Assembly (NCBI GenBank): GCA_963695545.1
Contig: OY968796.1
Span: forward strand, 1,344,001 to 1,408,000
DNA length: 64,000 nt
Source of the DNA: Terriglobia bacterium
GTDB lineage: Bacteria; Acidobacteriota; Terriglobia; Acidiferrales; UBA7541
Direction of reading: 5' to 3'
Every line of letters starts with the position of its first letter. The first letter of the stretch is position 1. This document shows positions 51,065 to 61,359 of this stretch, piece after piece. The position numbers and the translations under genes are program-made. The notes under the pieces are model-generated. The model searched no databases. It worked only from the letters and a program-made list of their open reading frames with translations, and was not told the origin of the DNA.

Positions 51065-51100
51065 CAACTAATTCCGGCGCGGTTCGGTGGAGGATGAGGC

Positions 51101-52240
51101 ATGGCGGATGTGAAGGTCGGATTCTACGGGCACGTCAGGCAATATCACGATCTGAAGGAGGAGATCGACCGCGCCATTCACGACGTGCTCGAAAGCGGCA
51201 GCTACGTCCTGGGGCCGCAACTTGCCGAATTTGAGAGCGAACTCGCACGCTACATGAACCTGCAAGAAACTGTGGGCCTGAATTCGGGCACGGACGCGCT
51301 GTTGCTCGCGTTCGTCGCGATGGGCCTTGGGCCGGGCGACGAGATCATCACGACCGCGAACACATTTTTCGCCACGGCCGAGGCCATTTGGCTGGCGGGC
51401 GCGACGCCGGTGCTGATCGATTCCGAAAGCAAGACGCACAACATCGACGTGAGAAAACTCCAGGCCGCGATCACGCCGAAAACGCGCGCGATCGTGCCGG
51501 TGCATCTCTACGGGCTTCCGGCGGACATGCCGGCCATCGCGAAAATCGCCAAGGCGCACGGGCTTTCGGTGATCGAGGATTGCGCGCAAGGGATCGGAGC
51601 GCGCGGCGACACTTTCGCGATCGGCGAGCATAGCGACGCGGTTTGCCTGAGCTTCATCATCCAGAAAAATCTGGGATGCTTCGGCGACGGCGGGGCGGTG
51701 GCCACGAACAACGCGGAAATGGCCGCGAAGATTCGCAAGCTGCGCAACCACGGATCGCTCAAGCGCTCGCACCACAGCATCGGCTACAACAGCCGCCTGG
51801 ACGATTTGCACGCCGCGGTGCTGCGCGTGAAGCTGCGCAAGGTAAATGAATGGAGCGCCAAGCGCCGGGCGATCGCGCGCATCTACGACGCGGCGTTCGC
51901 GGGTTCGCCGCTGCGTCTGCCGGTTACGCCGGCAGGTTACGAGCACGTCTATCATCTCTACGTGGTCGAATGCGACGACCGCGACGGCTTGCAGGCGCAT
52001 CTGGCCGCGCACGGCATCACCGCGCTTACGCATTACCCGATCGCGATTCATCAGCAGGAAGGATTTCCGTGGGGCCGGCCGGTACGCGTGCATCCGCAAA
52101 CGGTGACGGAGAAATCCGCGGCCGGCGTGCTCTCGCTGCCGATGTATCCCGAACTCACGCGCGAAGAAATCGACGCCGTCTGCCGGGAGACGCTCGCGTG
52201 GTGCGCAAGCGCCGGGGCGCGCGCCGTCCCGACACGCTGA
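51101..52240 (+). CDS. DegT/DnrJ/EryC1/StrS PLP-dependent aminotransferase
   Basis: NSGTDALLLA, PVHLYG, IEDCAQ, QKNLGCFGDGG, NSRLDD, LSLPMYP. Confidence 0.93.
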   Translation: MADVKVGFYGHVRQYHDLKEEIDRAIHDVLESGSYVLGPQLAEFESELARYMNLQETVGLNSGTDALLLAFVAMGLGPGDEIITTANTFFATAEAIWLAGATPVLIDSESKTHNIDVRKLQAAITPKTRAIVPVHLYGLPADMPAIAKIAKAHGLSVIEDCAQGIGARGDTFAIGEHSDAVCLSFIIQKNLGCFGDGGAVATNNAEMAAKIRKLRNHGSLKRSHHSIGYNSRLDDLHAAVLRVKLRKVNEWSAKRRAIARIYDAAFAGSPLRLPVTPAGYEHVYHLYVVECDDRDGLQAHLAAHGITALTHYPIAIHQQEGFPWGRPVRVHPQTVTEKSAAGVLSLPMYPELTREEIDAVCRETLAWCASAGARAVPTR

Positions 52241-52247
52241 GACGCTT

Positions 52248-53297
52248 GTGACGCCCGGCGCGCGAAAATATTCGGTCGCGATCCACGGAACCGGCAAGCG
52301 CGGCCGCGTGCACGCCGATGCATTCCATCGCGACGAGTGCTTCGAGGTCGTGGGCATTTCCGGACGCGATCCGACGCGCTTGGTCGCGGCCGCCGAGCTG
52401 GCCGGCAACCCGCCAACATTTTTTGATCCCGCCGAAATGCTGCGCCGCACCAAGCCCGACATTTTTTGTTTCTGCACGCCGTCGGCGGTGCGCCTGGGCA
52501 TGATTCGCACGGGCCTCGAGGGCGGCGTGAAGATGATCGCCTACGAGAAACCCATGGCCACGTCGTTCAACGAAGCGCTCGAGATCACCGAGCTGTGCCG
52601 CGCGGCCGGCGTGAAAACTGTGGTCAGCCACCAGATCAAATACGGCGAGCATTTTCAAAAAGTGCGCGAGATCATTCGCAGCGGCGCGATTGGCCGCGTG
52701 CAAACCGTTTACGGCACCACGCTCGGTTGGCTGCTGCAGATGGGCACGCACGTGATGGATTACGTCCGGTACTTCAACGGCGAAGCGGAAGCGGAATGGG
52801 CGTTCGGCCAGGCTGCGGGCACGGAGAAATTTGCGGACTCGCATCCATCTCCGGATTTTGTGCTGGGCGAAGTGCAGTTTGCGAACGGCGTGCGCGGCAT
52901 CCTGGAGATCGGCAATCTCGCGCAGGACGTGCCGGAGGTTGAATATTTCTGGCACAAGGTGCGCATCGGCGCGCAGGGCACGGAGGGCTTTGCCGAAGCG
53001 CTGATCGGCGGCGGATGGCGCGCGGTGACGCGCGATTCCGGCGGTCCGATTTCGGGGCCCGGCAAATGGGACGCGCAGCACGATCAGCCGCCCTATATTC
53101 GCGATATGGCGCTGTGGCTTGACGATCCCGAGCGCGTGCATCGGTGCAACGGCGAAAGCGCATTCAAAGGATTCGAGATTCTGATGGCCATGTGCCGCTC
53201 CGCGATCGAACGGCGAAAAATCGTGCTGCCGCTCGCGCCGGGCGAAAACGAAATCGTGCGATTGGCCGGCGTTCTATCCGACGAAGCCGCGTCGTGA
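52248..53297 (+). CDS. Gfo/Idh/MocA oxidoreductase
   Basis: HGTGKRG Rossmann motif, YEKPMA, GAIG, MGTHVMD. Confidence 0.88.
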   Translation: MTPGARKYSVAIHGTGKRGRVHADAFHRDECFEVVGISGRDPTRLVAAAELAGNPPTFFDPAEMLRRTKPDIFCFCTPSAVRLGMIRTGLEGGVKMIAYEKPMATSFNEALEITELCRAAGVKTVVSHQIKYGEHFQKVREIIRSGAIGRVQTVYGTTLGWLLQMGTHVMDYVRYFNGEAEAEWAFGQAAGTEKFADSHPSPDFVLGEVQFANGVRGILEIGNLAQDVPEVEYFWHKVRIGAQGTEGFAEALIGGGWRAVTRDSGGPISGPGKWDAQHDQPPYIRDMALWLDDPERVHRCNGESAFKGFEILMAMCRSAIERRKIVLPLAPGENEIVRLAGVLSDEAAS

Positions 53298-53411
53298 GCG
53301 TGGTCCGCTCGCCGAAATATTCACGCCTGAAGAAAAAGATGGAGTTCGCAGGCCGCGCTACCTGAGCCAACACACGCTCGCCTGCCCGACCCGCCGGGCA
53401 GTCTCGTGCGT

Positions 53412-55850
53412 TCACTCGCAACGCAGCGCCGTCATGGGATCGATTTTGGAAGCGTGGCGCGCGGGGATTGCGCAGGCGATTCCAGCGACCCCGCTCAGCA
53501 GAAGCGCTCCGGCGAGGAGAATGATGGGATCGCGCGCATTGCCCTCGGCCCAGTTCGCAAGAAGCTTGTTCATCGCCAGCGTGAGCGCCAGCCCCGCCAG
53601 AATCCCGCTGCCCACACTGGCGAAAGTCGAAGAAAAAACGATGCGCAGCACATGGCCGCGCTGAGCGCCCAGCGCCATGCGAATCCCAAACTCGTTTGTG
53701 CGCTGCGTTACGGTGTAGGACACCACGCTGTAAAGTCCGACCGCGGCCAGCGCCAGCGCCAGCAACGAAAACGCGCCAAAGACCCAAGCGGCCAGGTGTT
53801 CTTGTTGCCACTCCGGCTGATCGGAAACCCATGACTCGAGATCCTCGTCGGTGCTGTAGGTTTGCTGCTCCGGATTCACCGCGGCCAACTGCTCCCTCAC
53901 GGCGTGCAACAACGACAGCGGCGGCGCCTGAGATTTCACCAGAATCTCGGTTCCTTGCGGCATGTTCAGCGTGTACGGCACATAGACGGCGGGCTTGATG
54001 GGGTTGCGCAGCCCGTCGTTCCGGGCATCTTGCACAACGCCCACGATCACCAACCACGAATCCGCAATGTTGGGCGCCGACAAAACCATCGGCGGACGGT
54101 CCTCGATGTTCGGCAACTTTACGGAGTGGCCGACCGCGTCGCCATTCGGAAAACATCGCTGGGCCAGCGTTCGATTGATCACCGCTACGTGAGCGCCCAT
54201 CCGATTCTCCGAGTCGTTCCACACACGGCCTTCCAGCAGAGGAATGCGCAATATCGCGAAGTATGCTGGACTCACAAGATTGAGCGATCCCAACTGCTGT
54301 TCCGCCTCGGGAATACCCAGAATCTCAAACGGTCCATCCCATCCGTTGCTCGGCGGAGTGGCGTTGGATGAAATCGCCGTCATCGTGACGCCAGGCGTCT
54401 CCCCCACCTTCGCTTGCAGTTGCTGGAAATATTCCGCGCGCGCGGACCACGTTGTGTACGAATTGTCGTGCAGCGGAATTCCCACGGACATCACATTGTG
54501 CGGGTCATAGCCCAGCGGCTTGTGCATCAGTTTCACGAAGCCCGCCATGGCCGAGCCGGCGCCGTCGAGCAGTAGCAACGTGAGCGCGATCTGTCCGGCG
54601 ATCAGCAAATTGTGTGTCCTGCGCCCGCGCACGCTTCCCGCCACGCGATGAACATTCGACTGCATCACCTGGCCAACTTCGGTGCGCGAGAGTTGCAGCG
54701 CAGGCCACAAGCCGAACACAATTCCCGTTGCCAGCGCCACGCCGACGCTGAAGTAAAGCACAGGAAGATTGATGCGGATCACGACCTCGGGAGCGAAGGC
54801 ATACCGCGGCAGCACCGCGCGAATCGCGTTCAGGATTCCATAAGACGCCAAGACGCCGATTGCCGCGCCGATCGCGGCGAGCAGCAGCGACTCCGTGAGA
54901 AGTTGACGCACAATGCGGCGGCGGTCCGCCCCGACGGCGGCCCGCACAGCCAACTCATGCCGCCGCGCTGCGCCGCGCGCCAGCAGCAAAATCGAAACGT
55001 TCGCGCACCCCACCGCCAGCAGCAGTGCCACCGCGCCCAGCAGCAGATACAACGTCCCGCTGATGCCCCTGACGACCCATTCGTTCAGCCCCTCCACGCG
55101 CACCCTGAATTCCTCGGGAAAACGCTTCGGCATTTCTTTCGCAAACTGGTCCAGCAGCGGTTGCAGCGCTGCGTCCGCCATCGCGTGCGTGACGCCCGGC
55201 TTCAGGTAAAGATCGACGATGTACGTCGGCCCTGGATCTTGCGTCAGTTTCAGCGGAACGTAGACGTCCGCGCTGTACCAGGCGAACCGCGGCGCCGCAA
55301 CACCTACGATCTTGTAGCTCTTGTAATCGAGTTGCAGCGTTTGTCCGATAACGGCGGGGTTGGAGAAAAAATGATTTTGCCAAAACTTGTAGGACAGGAG
55401 GACCACCGGTTGCGGTTCCTGGCCATCGATTGCGTCGGCGGGCAAGAGCCCGCGCCCCAGCAGTGGCGGCACACCCAGATCGACGAAGCCGTTCGAGATA
55501 AGACCGATTACATCGACACCCTCTGGGAGGTCGTGGCCGGTCAAAGTCATGGCGTGGTAATCCATGGCCAGCACGCTCTCGATAAAGGGCAGCTGCCGAA
55601 GTTCCTCGATCTGCGGACCATTCGGATTGAACCAATCCCTCGTGCCCGCCTTGCTCTGCAACGTCAGCCGCACGATCCGGTCCGCTGCGCGAAAGGGATA
55701 AGGATTTATCAACGCGGCGTAGATTACGCTGAACACCGCGGTGGTCGCGCCTATGCCAAGCGCAAGCGAGACGACTGCCGTGAGCGCGAATCCCGGATTC
55801 TTGAGGAGTTGGCGCAGGGAATAGCGGAGATCCTGAAGCACCGAATGCAC
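53412..55850 (-). CDS. ABC transporter permease (ADOP / duplicated MacB-FtsX type)
   Basis: QDLRYSLRQLLKNPGF, LALGIGATTAVFS, VRAAVGA..RRIVRQLLTES, QRTNEFGIRMALGA, IDPMTALRCE. Confidence 0.93.
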   Translation of the reverse strand: MHSVLQDLRYSLRQLLKNPGFALTAVVSLALGIGATTAVFSVIYAALINPYPFRAADRIVRLTLQSKAGTRDWFNPNGPQIEELRQLPFIESVLAMDYHAMTLTGHDLPEGVDVIGLISNGFVDLGVPPLLGRGLLPADAIDGQEPQPVVLLSYKFWQNHFFSNPAVIGQTLQLDYKSYKIVGVAAPRFAWYSADVYVPLKLTQDPGPTYIVDLYLKPGVTHAMADAALQPLLDQFAKEMPKRFPEEFRVRVEGLNEWVVRGISGTLYLLLGAVALLLAVGCANVSILLLARGAARRHELAVRAAVGADRRRIVRQLLTESLLLAAIGAAIGVLASYGILNAIRAVLPRYAFAPEVVIRINLPVLYFSVGVALATGIVFGLWPALQLSRTEVGQVMQSNVHRVAGSVRGRRTHNLLIAGQIALTLLLLDGAGSAMAGFVKLMHKPLGYDPHNVMSVGIPLHDNSYTTWSARAEYFQQLQAKVGETPGVTMTAISSNATPPSNGWDGPFEILGIPEAEQQLGSLNLVSPAYFAILRIPLLEGRVWNDSENRMGAHVAVINRTLAQRCFPNGDAVGHSVKLPNIEDRPPMVLSAPNIADSWLVIVGVVQDARNDGLRNPIKPAVYVPYTLNMPQGTEILVKSQAPPLSLLHAVREQLAAVNPEQQTYSTDEDLESWVSDQPEWQQEHLAAWVFGAFSLLALALAAVGLYSVVSYTVTQRTNEFGIRMALGAQRGHVLRIVFSSTFASVGSGILAGLALTLAMNKLLANWAEGNARDPIILLAGALLLSGVAGIACAIPARHASKIDPMTALRCE

Positions 55851-56155
55851 GGCGCGCTCCTTGCGGTGCGATGTATGCGAACCATAATTGCACGCGGATC
55901 GGCGTTCGAGGAACTAGTTTTGTCCTCCGATCGGTGGAACAAACGGCGAGCCAAGAGCTCGGAGATTACGACGCGCCCGGAACTCTCGTTGCCGCGGCTG
56001 CGCTGCCAAATTCATTGTGTCGAATGCGGGAGAAGGGTAGGATGCCGGTTCAGGATGTCCGAATCGGAAGTTCCGACCCAGAATCTATCGGACCGATACG
56101 CGCGAAAGTCCCCGGAATCGGGAGCCCGCCGCGACGGGCGGCAAGGATGGAGCAA

Positions 56156-56947
56156 ATGCGAACGAAAAAGCGCTGGATTGCAATTGCGCTGGTCTTGATG
56201 GCTGGAGTTGCGCTGGCCCAGGCAGCGCTCGATAACGACGCAATCATCAAGATGGTCAGGGCCGGCCTCGGCGACGATGTGATCGTTTCGATGATCGCGA
56301 GCCAACCGGGCAACTACACGGTGACTCCCGACGCGTTGATTGCGCTCAAAAATGCGCGCGTGTCGGAGAGAGTCATCAACACCATGATCGCCAAGCAGTC
56401 GGGCACATTGGCGCCGCCCGCTCCTGTCACTGCGCCTGGGCCGGCCGCCGCGCCGGCTCCTCCGGTCGACGAAGTAGGCGTCTATTACAAGGACAAGGAC
56501 GGCCACTGGGTCGAGATGTTGCCGGAAATCGTCAATTTCAAGACCGGCGGTTTTCTGAAGTCGTTGGGCACTGACGGCGTGGTAAAGGGCGACGTCAACG
56601 GACACATCGCAGGCAAGACCGCAAAAATCTCCCTGAATACTCCGCTCGATTTCTTAATTTACATGCAGGATGGCGTGGACATCACGGAGTATCAACTGCT
56701 GCGTTTGCACGTCACCAATGATGGGCGCGAGTTCCGCTCTGTGACCGGCGGCGTAATCCATTCCTCCGGCGGAGCGCAGCGCGACACAGTCGATTTCACA
56801 GGCACGAAAATCGCGCCGCACACGTATGAGATTTTGCTGGGCCCCGACGTTAAGACCGACGAATACGGTTTCTTGCCGCCGGGCGCCACGAGCTCCTCGA
56901 ACATGGCTAGCGGCGGGAAGATGTATACGTTTCACGTTATCGAATAG
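56156..56947 (+). CDS. Secreted hypothetical protein
   Basis: Signal peptide; LDNDAIIKMVRAGLGDDVIV..TPDALIALKNARVSERVI helical N-domain; GGAG RBS. Confidence 0.75.
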   Translation: MRTKKRWIAIALVLMAGVALAQAALDNDAIIKMVRAGLGDDVIVSMIASQPGNYTVTPDALIALKNARVSERVINTMIAKQSGTLAPPAPVTAPGPAAAPAPPVDEVGVYYKDKDGHWVEMLPEIVNFKTGGFLKSLGTDGVVKGDVNGHIAGKTAKISLNTPLDFLIYMQDGVDITEYQLLRLHVTNDGREFRSVTGGVIHSSGGAQRDTVDFTGTKIAPHTYEILLGPDVKTDEYGFLPPGATSSSNMASGGKMYTFHVIE

Positions 56948-56987
56948 TCTGGCGCTGGCGCACTCATAAAAGCGCGATGAAGCTCTT

Positions 56988-57033
56988 GACTGGCCCATTT
57001 TTCCCCGCCGCGGCGGGCAAAAATGGGCCAGTC
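56988..57033. terminator. Long hairpin between convergent genes (probable terminator)
   Basis: gactggcccattttt-ccccgccgcggcgggc-aaaaatgggccagtc. Confidence 0.7.
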
Positions 57034-57148
57034 GCTCTTCAGTTTTTCCTCTTTCGAATTCCGCGCTTCAAAGTAATCTCGCGGCCGCGTCCGCGCGCGC
57101 CGCGCCCCGAAATTGCGGGGAGACATCAACGACGGTAGAACGCGAGGG

Positions 57149-58051
57149 CTATTTCGCGCCGCTTTGGCGGAGAACGGCAGCCATGTCGTCGCGGCCCGCG
57201 TTGAGCGCGATCGTGAGCACCGATTCGCCTTTGCGGTTCTTCGCGTTGACGTCGGCGTGGTGATCGATCAGGAGTGTGGCTACATCCGGCGTTCCGACAT
57301 AGAGCGCGGCGAACATCAGCGGCGTCCAGCCATCTTTGTCGCGGGAATTGGCGTCGGCGCCGTGATCGAGCAGAAGTGTGGCCGACGCCACGCTGTCTGC
57401 TTCGAGCGCCTCCGCCAGCGGCGTCGTGCCATCGTCGGCTTTGGCGTTGGGATCGGCGCCATGCGCGACGAGAAACGTGACGACGTTCGTGCGCCCATAC
57501 TCGGCTGCATACATCAGCGCGGTGAAGCCGTGGTTCGTCCTGGCATTCACGTCGGCGCCGCGGGTGAGCAGCAGCGCGGCGATGTCGTCGTGCCCGCTCG
57601 CCGCGGCGCACATGAAAGCCGTCAGGCCATCGTTGTCCTTGGCGGCCACATCCGCTCCGCGGTCGAGCAAAAGTTTCGCGATGTCGAGCGTGCCGCTGAT
57701 GCCGTCGTACATCAGCGCCGTGTAGCCCTTCTTGTCCTTCGCGTTGATCTCCGCGCCGTGATCGAGCAGAAGTTTCACAACGTCTGCGGAGCCATGACCT
57801 GCCGCGAACATCAGCGGCGTCGCGCCGTTGTTGTCCTTAGCGTTGGCATCGACGCCCTGCGCCAGCAGCGATGCGACGGTGTTGGCGTCGCCCTGGGATG
57901 CCGCGGTGTCAAGGCGGCTCGCGTTGTTCGTGGGCGGAGCCTGCGGCGAGTTCGGGCTGCCTACCGCGTCTGCATGCGCCCCGAAAGTCAGAAGCGCTGC
58001 GGCAAGCAACATCGTGTGGTGGGATCTCAAGCTTCGCATCCTCTCTTGCAC
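57149..58051 (-). CDS. Exported ankyrin-repeat protein
   Basis: About 7 33-aa repeats G.T(P/A)LM.AA..G..D...LLLD.GAD.NA; signal peptide. Confidence 0.92.
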   Translation of the reverse strand: MQERMRSLRSHHTMLLAAALLTFGAHADAVGSPNSPQAPPTNNASRLDTAASQGDANTVASLLAQGVDANAKDNNGATPLMFAAGHGSADVVKLLLDHGAEINAKDKKGYTALMYDGISGTLDIAKLLLDRGADVAAKDNDGLTAFMCAAASGHDDIAALLLTRGADVNARTNHGFTALMYAAEYGRTNVVTFLVAHGADPNAKADDGTTPLAEALEADSVASATLLLDHGADANSRDKDGWTPLMFAALYVGTPDVATLLIDHHADVNAKNRKGESVLTIALNAGRDDMAAVLRQSGAK

Positions 58052-58217
58052 TCTCGTCGGTCTTTCGACGCAATGCGCTCCTGGCAGTCACGCCGGCATC
58101 GTGGGGCTCGGGCGCTGCTTATGCCCGCCAGATTATCGCTGCGCCGCCGATCTTACACTGGCGGCGAGAGCGCGTCAGGCGCTGCGTTCAATTTGACTCG
58201 CGCGTGTCACCGAGGAC

Positions 58218-59201
58218 ATGGACTTACCCGAAGAGGAATTTTGGTTTCCGCTGGGCGAGCGCCCCGAATTCGCTAAACGCCTGATTCTGTTGGCGCAATC
58301 CGAGGATTTGCGCCGCAGCGCCAGCGCGATCGTTTGGAACGCCAGGTGCATTCCAAGACGCATGATGACACGACTGCACGACCCGTGTGCCGAGTCCAAG
58401 AAGTGGATTGCGCGATTTTCCCTGCGCAGCATGACAGCGCTCTATGTGTCTCCACTGGCCGCCGCTCAACTGACGGCCAAAGAAATCGCTGCGATCACGA
58501 GATCCATCCAGCAGTTTCAGCTTGGAGAAGGATCGAAGGGGCAGCGTCTGCTCGATCGCGGGAAGAAATACGGGAGCGAAGTGAGCGATCCGTTTTTCGT
58601 CGGCGCGCTCGATCTCTTCATCAAGGAAGAGCAGCAGCACAGCCGCTACCTCGAAGCGTTCATGCAATCGCACGGGATTCCGATCGTAGGCAGGCATTGG
58701 GTGGATTCGATTTTTCGCAAACTTCGCGGATTGGCGGGGCTCGAACTCTCGCTCGCGGTGCTGGTGACCGCGGAAATTATCGCCATGCCGTACTACCGCG
58801 CGCTGCGTGACGCGACGGGCTCGCCCACGCTGAAGAATATCTGCCGCAGGATTCTCGAAGATGAAGCGACGCACCTGAAATATCAGGCGTCGATGCTCGC
58901 GCGATTGGCGGCCAAGCGCCATCGCGTTATCGATCGCGCGATCGGCGCGCTGCGCCGGCTTTTTCTCTTGGGGACGACGGTCGTTGTTTGGTTCGGACAC
59001 CGCGCGGTGTTTCAAGCGGCGGGTTACGGCTTCCGGCGGTTTAGAGACGAGGCGTTCTTTGAGTTTGACGAGCTGGAGAATTGTCGCCGCGCGCTAAACG
59101 CTCTGCGTGATGTTCGCACCGCGCGCGCGTCAGGATTGCTCGAGTCGTGGACGCCCAGCGACGCGCGCATTCTGAAATCCGGCGAGACATCGGCGCGTTA
59201 G
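58218..59201 (+). CDS. Ferritin-like domain protein (start uncertain, possibly 58362)
   Basis: QQFQLGE, FIKEEQQHSRYL, VTAEIIAMPYY, ILEDEATH (two ExxH di-iron motifs). Confidence 0.8.
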   Translation: MDLPEEEFWFPLGERPEFAKRLILLAQSEDLRRSASAIVWNARCIPRRMMTRLHDPCAESKKWIARFSLRSMTALYVSPLAAAQLTAKEIAAITRSIQQFQLGEGSKGQRLLDRGKKYGSEVSDPFFVGALDLFIKEEQQHSRYLEAFMQSHGIPIVGRHWVDSIFRKLRGLAGLELSLAVLVTAEIIAMPYYRALRDATGSPTLKNICRRILEDEATHLKYQASMLARLAAKRHRVIDRAIGALRRLFLLGTTVVVWFGHRAVFQAAGYGFRRFRDEAFFEFDELENCRRALNALRDVRTARASGLLESWTPSDARILKSGETSAR

Positions 59202-59231
59202 CATTAAGCTCGGCTGCGCGCACGGGCCTTT

Positions 59232-61076
59232 TTACGGTACGTCTGCGGAAGCCTCGGGCGAGTCCGCGCTTTGCACGCCGCTCGCATTCACGGCGGTCAC
59301 TACGTAGTAGTACGTCGTGCCCGCGACGACGTTCATGTCCGAATAGCTTTCACCGCCCACGAGCGACGCGCCGTTAATGGGGCTCGTCAGCGATTCGCCG
59401 CCCGGCGAAGTTCCGCGGTACACGTTGTAGCCCGCCACCGACGAGGTGCTGGGCGACCAAGTCAATGAGACCGAATACGTGGTGGGTTGCGTTCCGCTAG
59501 CGGACAGAGAAATCGTGGTCGGCGAATTCGTGGCGTTGCTGGTGATCGTAACGGTGCCGGTCGCGCTCGCAGCCTCGGCCGGAGTGAAGGTTACATTCAT
59601 CGTCGTGCTGCCCGGCGCCAAAATCTGTCCTGTGGAGACGCCGCTGGGAGTGAAACCGGCGCCCGAAATGCTGACGTTGGTCACATCGACGTTGGAATTT
59701 CCGGAATTGGACAGCGTGACTGGAAGGCTCGCGCTCGCTCCCATGGCCACGCTCCCGAAATTCAAGCTCGTGGGGTTGGAGTTCAGCAGCATGGTCGCGG
59801 GAGGATTAACGGTGAGCGTGGCGCTCGAGCTGGATGCGGTGCCGGCCGAGTTGGTGACGGTAGCACTGAATGTTTCTCCGGAATTCGCAGCGGTCGTGGC
59901 CGCGGTTGTGTACGAAGCCGACGTCGCGCCACCGATGGCCGTGCCGTTCATTTTCCACTGATAGCTCAACGGAGCGGTGCCCGTGGCGGCGACAGAGAAC
60001 GCCGCAGTCTGCCCGGCGATCACGGTTTGATTGGCTGGATTCAAAGTAATTGCCGGCGCTATCGTCGGCGCATTAACGGTGAGCGTGGCGCTCGAGCTCG
60101 AAGCGGTGCCGGCCGAGTTGGTGACGGAAGCGCTGAATGTTTCTCCCGAATTCGCGGTGGTGGTGGCCGCGGTTGTGTAGGAAGCCGACGTCGCACCGCT
60201 GATCGCCGTGCCGTTCATTTTCCACTGGTAGCTCAGCGGGGCGGTCCCAGTGGCGGTGACAGAGAACGCCGCGGTCTGCCCCGCGGTCACGGTCTGATTG
60301 GCCGGATTCGAAGTAATTGCCGGGGCTGTGGCTGGCGCATTGACGGTGAGCGTGGCGCTTGAGCTGTTCGCGGTGCCGGCCTTATTGCTGACGGCGACGC
60401 TGAATGTTTCTCCGGAGTTCGCGGTGGATGTGGCTGCAACAGTGTACGAAGCCGAGGTTGCGCCGCTGATCGCTGCTCCGTTCATCTTCCATTGGTAGCT
60501 CAGCGGCGCCGTCCCCGTGGCGCTGACGGAGAATGCCGCCGTCTGCCCAGCGGTCACCGCTTGATTGCCGGGATTCGATGTGATTGTCGGCGGCGTGGGC
60601 GGCGGAGTCGAAGCGGCTTGTTTCACGCCGGTTGCGGAAAGTTCGATCGTCGCCCGGGAGCTTGAGCCAGTTGAGCCTGGTGTTCCCGAGCTGAATGTGA
60701 AGGTCAGTTGGGCGGCGTATTCGCGCGCGGCCGCGGGCGTGAAGGTCACGAAGCCGCTCAGGCTTTGGCCTTCGCTGAGCACTACGGGCAGCGCGGGGCC
60801 CGAATAGGAGAACTCAAGCGAGGACGAGCGCGCGCTTGTGACGCTGACTTGTCCGGTTGTGATGTTCGTCAGCGTTACGGCCACGGGAGCGCTCGTCGTG
60901 TCCGTCGTTTGCGATGGGAAACTCACGGAAACAGGGCTGAGCGATACGGGCGATGCGGATGATCGGAATTGCTTCGCTGATGCAGCTACCGTCAGGAGCG
61001 ACGTGCCCAGCACTAGACACGACAAAGCCCCCAGAATCCTGCATCGAATTAATCGATTATGTGATGTTCCCCGCAT
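59232..61076 (-). CDS. Secreted Ig-like / ASPM-SPD-2-Hydin / FnIII surface protein
   Basis: Signal peptide; three Ig repeats (TVTAGQTAAFSV.ATGTAPLSYQW); choice-of-anchor-D-like domains; C-terminal LTWSPS..GYNVYRG..YYYVVTAV. Confidence 0.85.
   Translation of the reverse strand: MRGTSHNRLIRCRILGALSCLVLGTSLLTVAASAKQFRSSASPVSLSPVSVSFPSQTTDTTSAPVAVTLTNITTGQVSVTSARSSSLEFSYSGPALPVVLSEGQSLSGFVTFTPAAAREYAAQLTFTFSSGTPGSTGSSSRATIELSATGVKQAASTPPPTPPTITSNPGNQAVTAGQTAAFSVSATGTAPLSYQWKMNGAAISGATSASYTVAATSTANSGETFSVAVSNKAGTANSSSATLTVNAPATAPAITSNPANQTVTAGQTAAFSVTATGTAPLSYQWKMNGTAISGATSASYTTAATTTANSGETFSASVTNSAGTASSSSATLTVNAPTIAPAITLNPANQTVIAGQTAAFSVAATGTAPLSYQWKMNGTAIGGATSASYTTAATTAANSGETFSATVTNSAGTASSSSATLTVNPPATMLLNSNPTSLNFGSVAMGASASLPVTLSNSGNSNVDVTNVSISGAGFTPSGVSTGQILAPGSTTMNVTFTPAEAASATGTVTITSNATNSPTTISLSASGTQPTTYSVSLTWSPSTSSVAGYNVYRGTSPGGESLTSPINGASLVGGESYSDMNVVAGTTYYYVVTAVNASGVQSADSPEASADVP
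59805..60590 (-). repeat. Three tandem 267-nt Ig-domain repeats
   Basis: cca(c/t)tg(a/g)tagctc at 59955, 60222 and 60489. Confidence 0.9.
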
Positions 61077-61359
61077 CGCTTCCCCCGATTCACCGACGCA
61101 TGTCGGCTCGAGCGAGGCCCCGCATGAAGATGGGGCGCCCGACACACGCACGATAGGCTTCAGAGGAGATCGGTTTCGACTGGCGTCAGGGACAGATTCA
61201 GTACAGCGCGGACAGCACTGCTAAGTACAGGTTCAGGTGGTGGCCGTGTGCAGCCCCAAGGTCATCGCGAAATAAGCGCGGGGGATCGTGGCGGACGAGA
61301 AAGTCGAAGCCCGATTAACTCGCCACAATTTCCGCGCACGCCTGCTGTGGCCAGAAAAT

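Noticed and set aside
61080..61300. Possible riboswitch upstream of the Ig-repeat surface protein
   Set aside because: No c-di-GMP or other aptamer consensus recognisable by eye; an Rfam scan would be needed.
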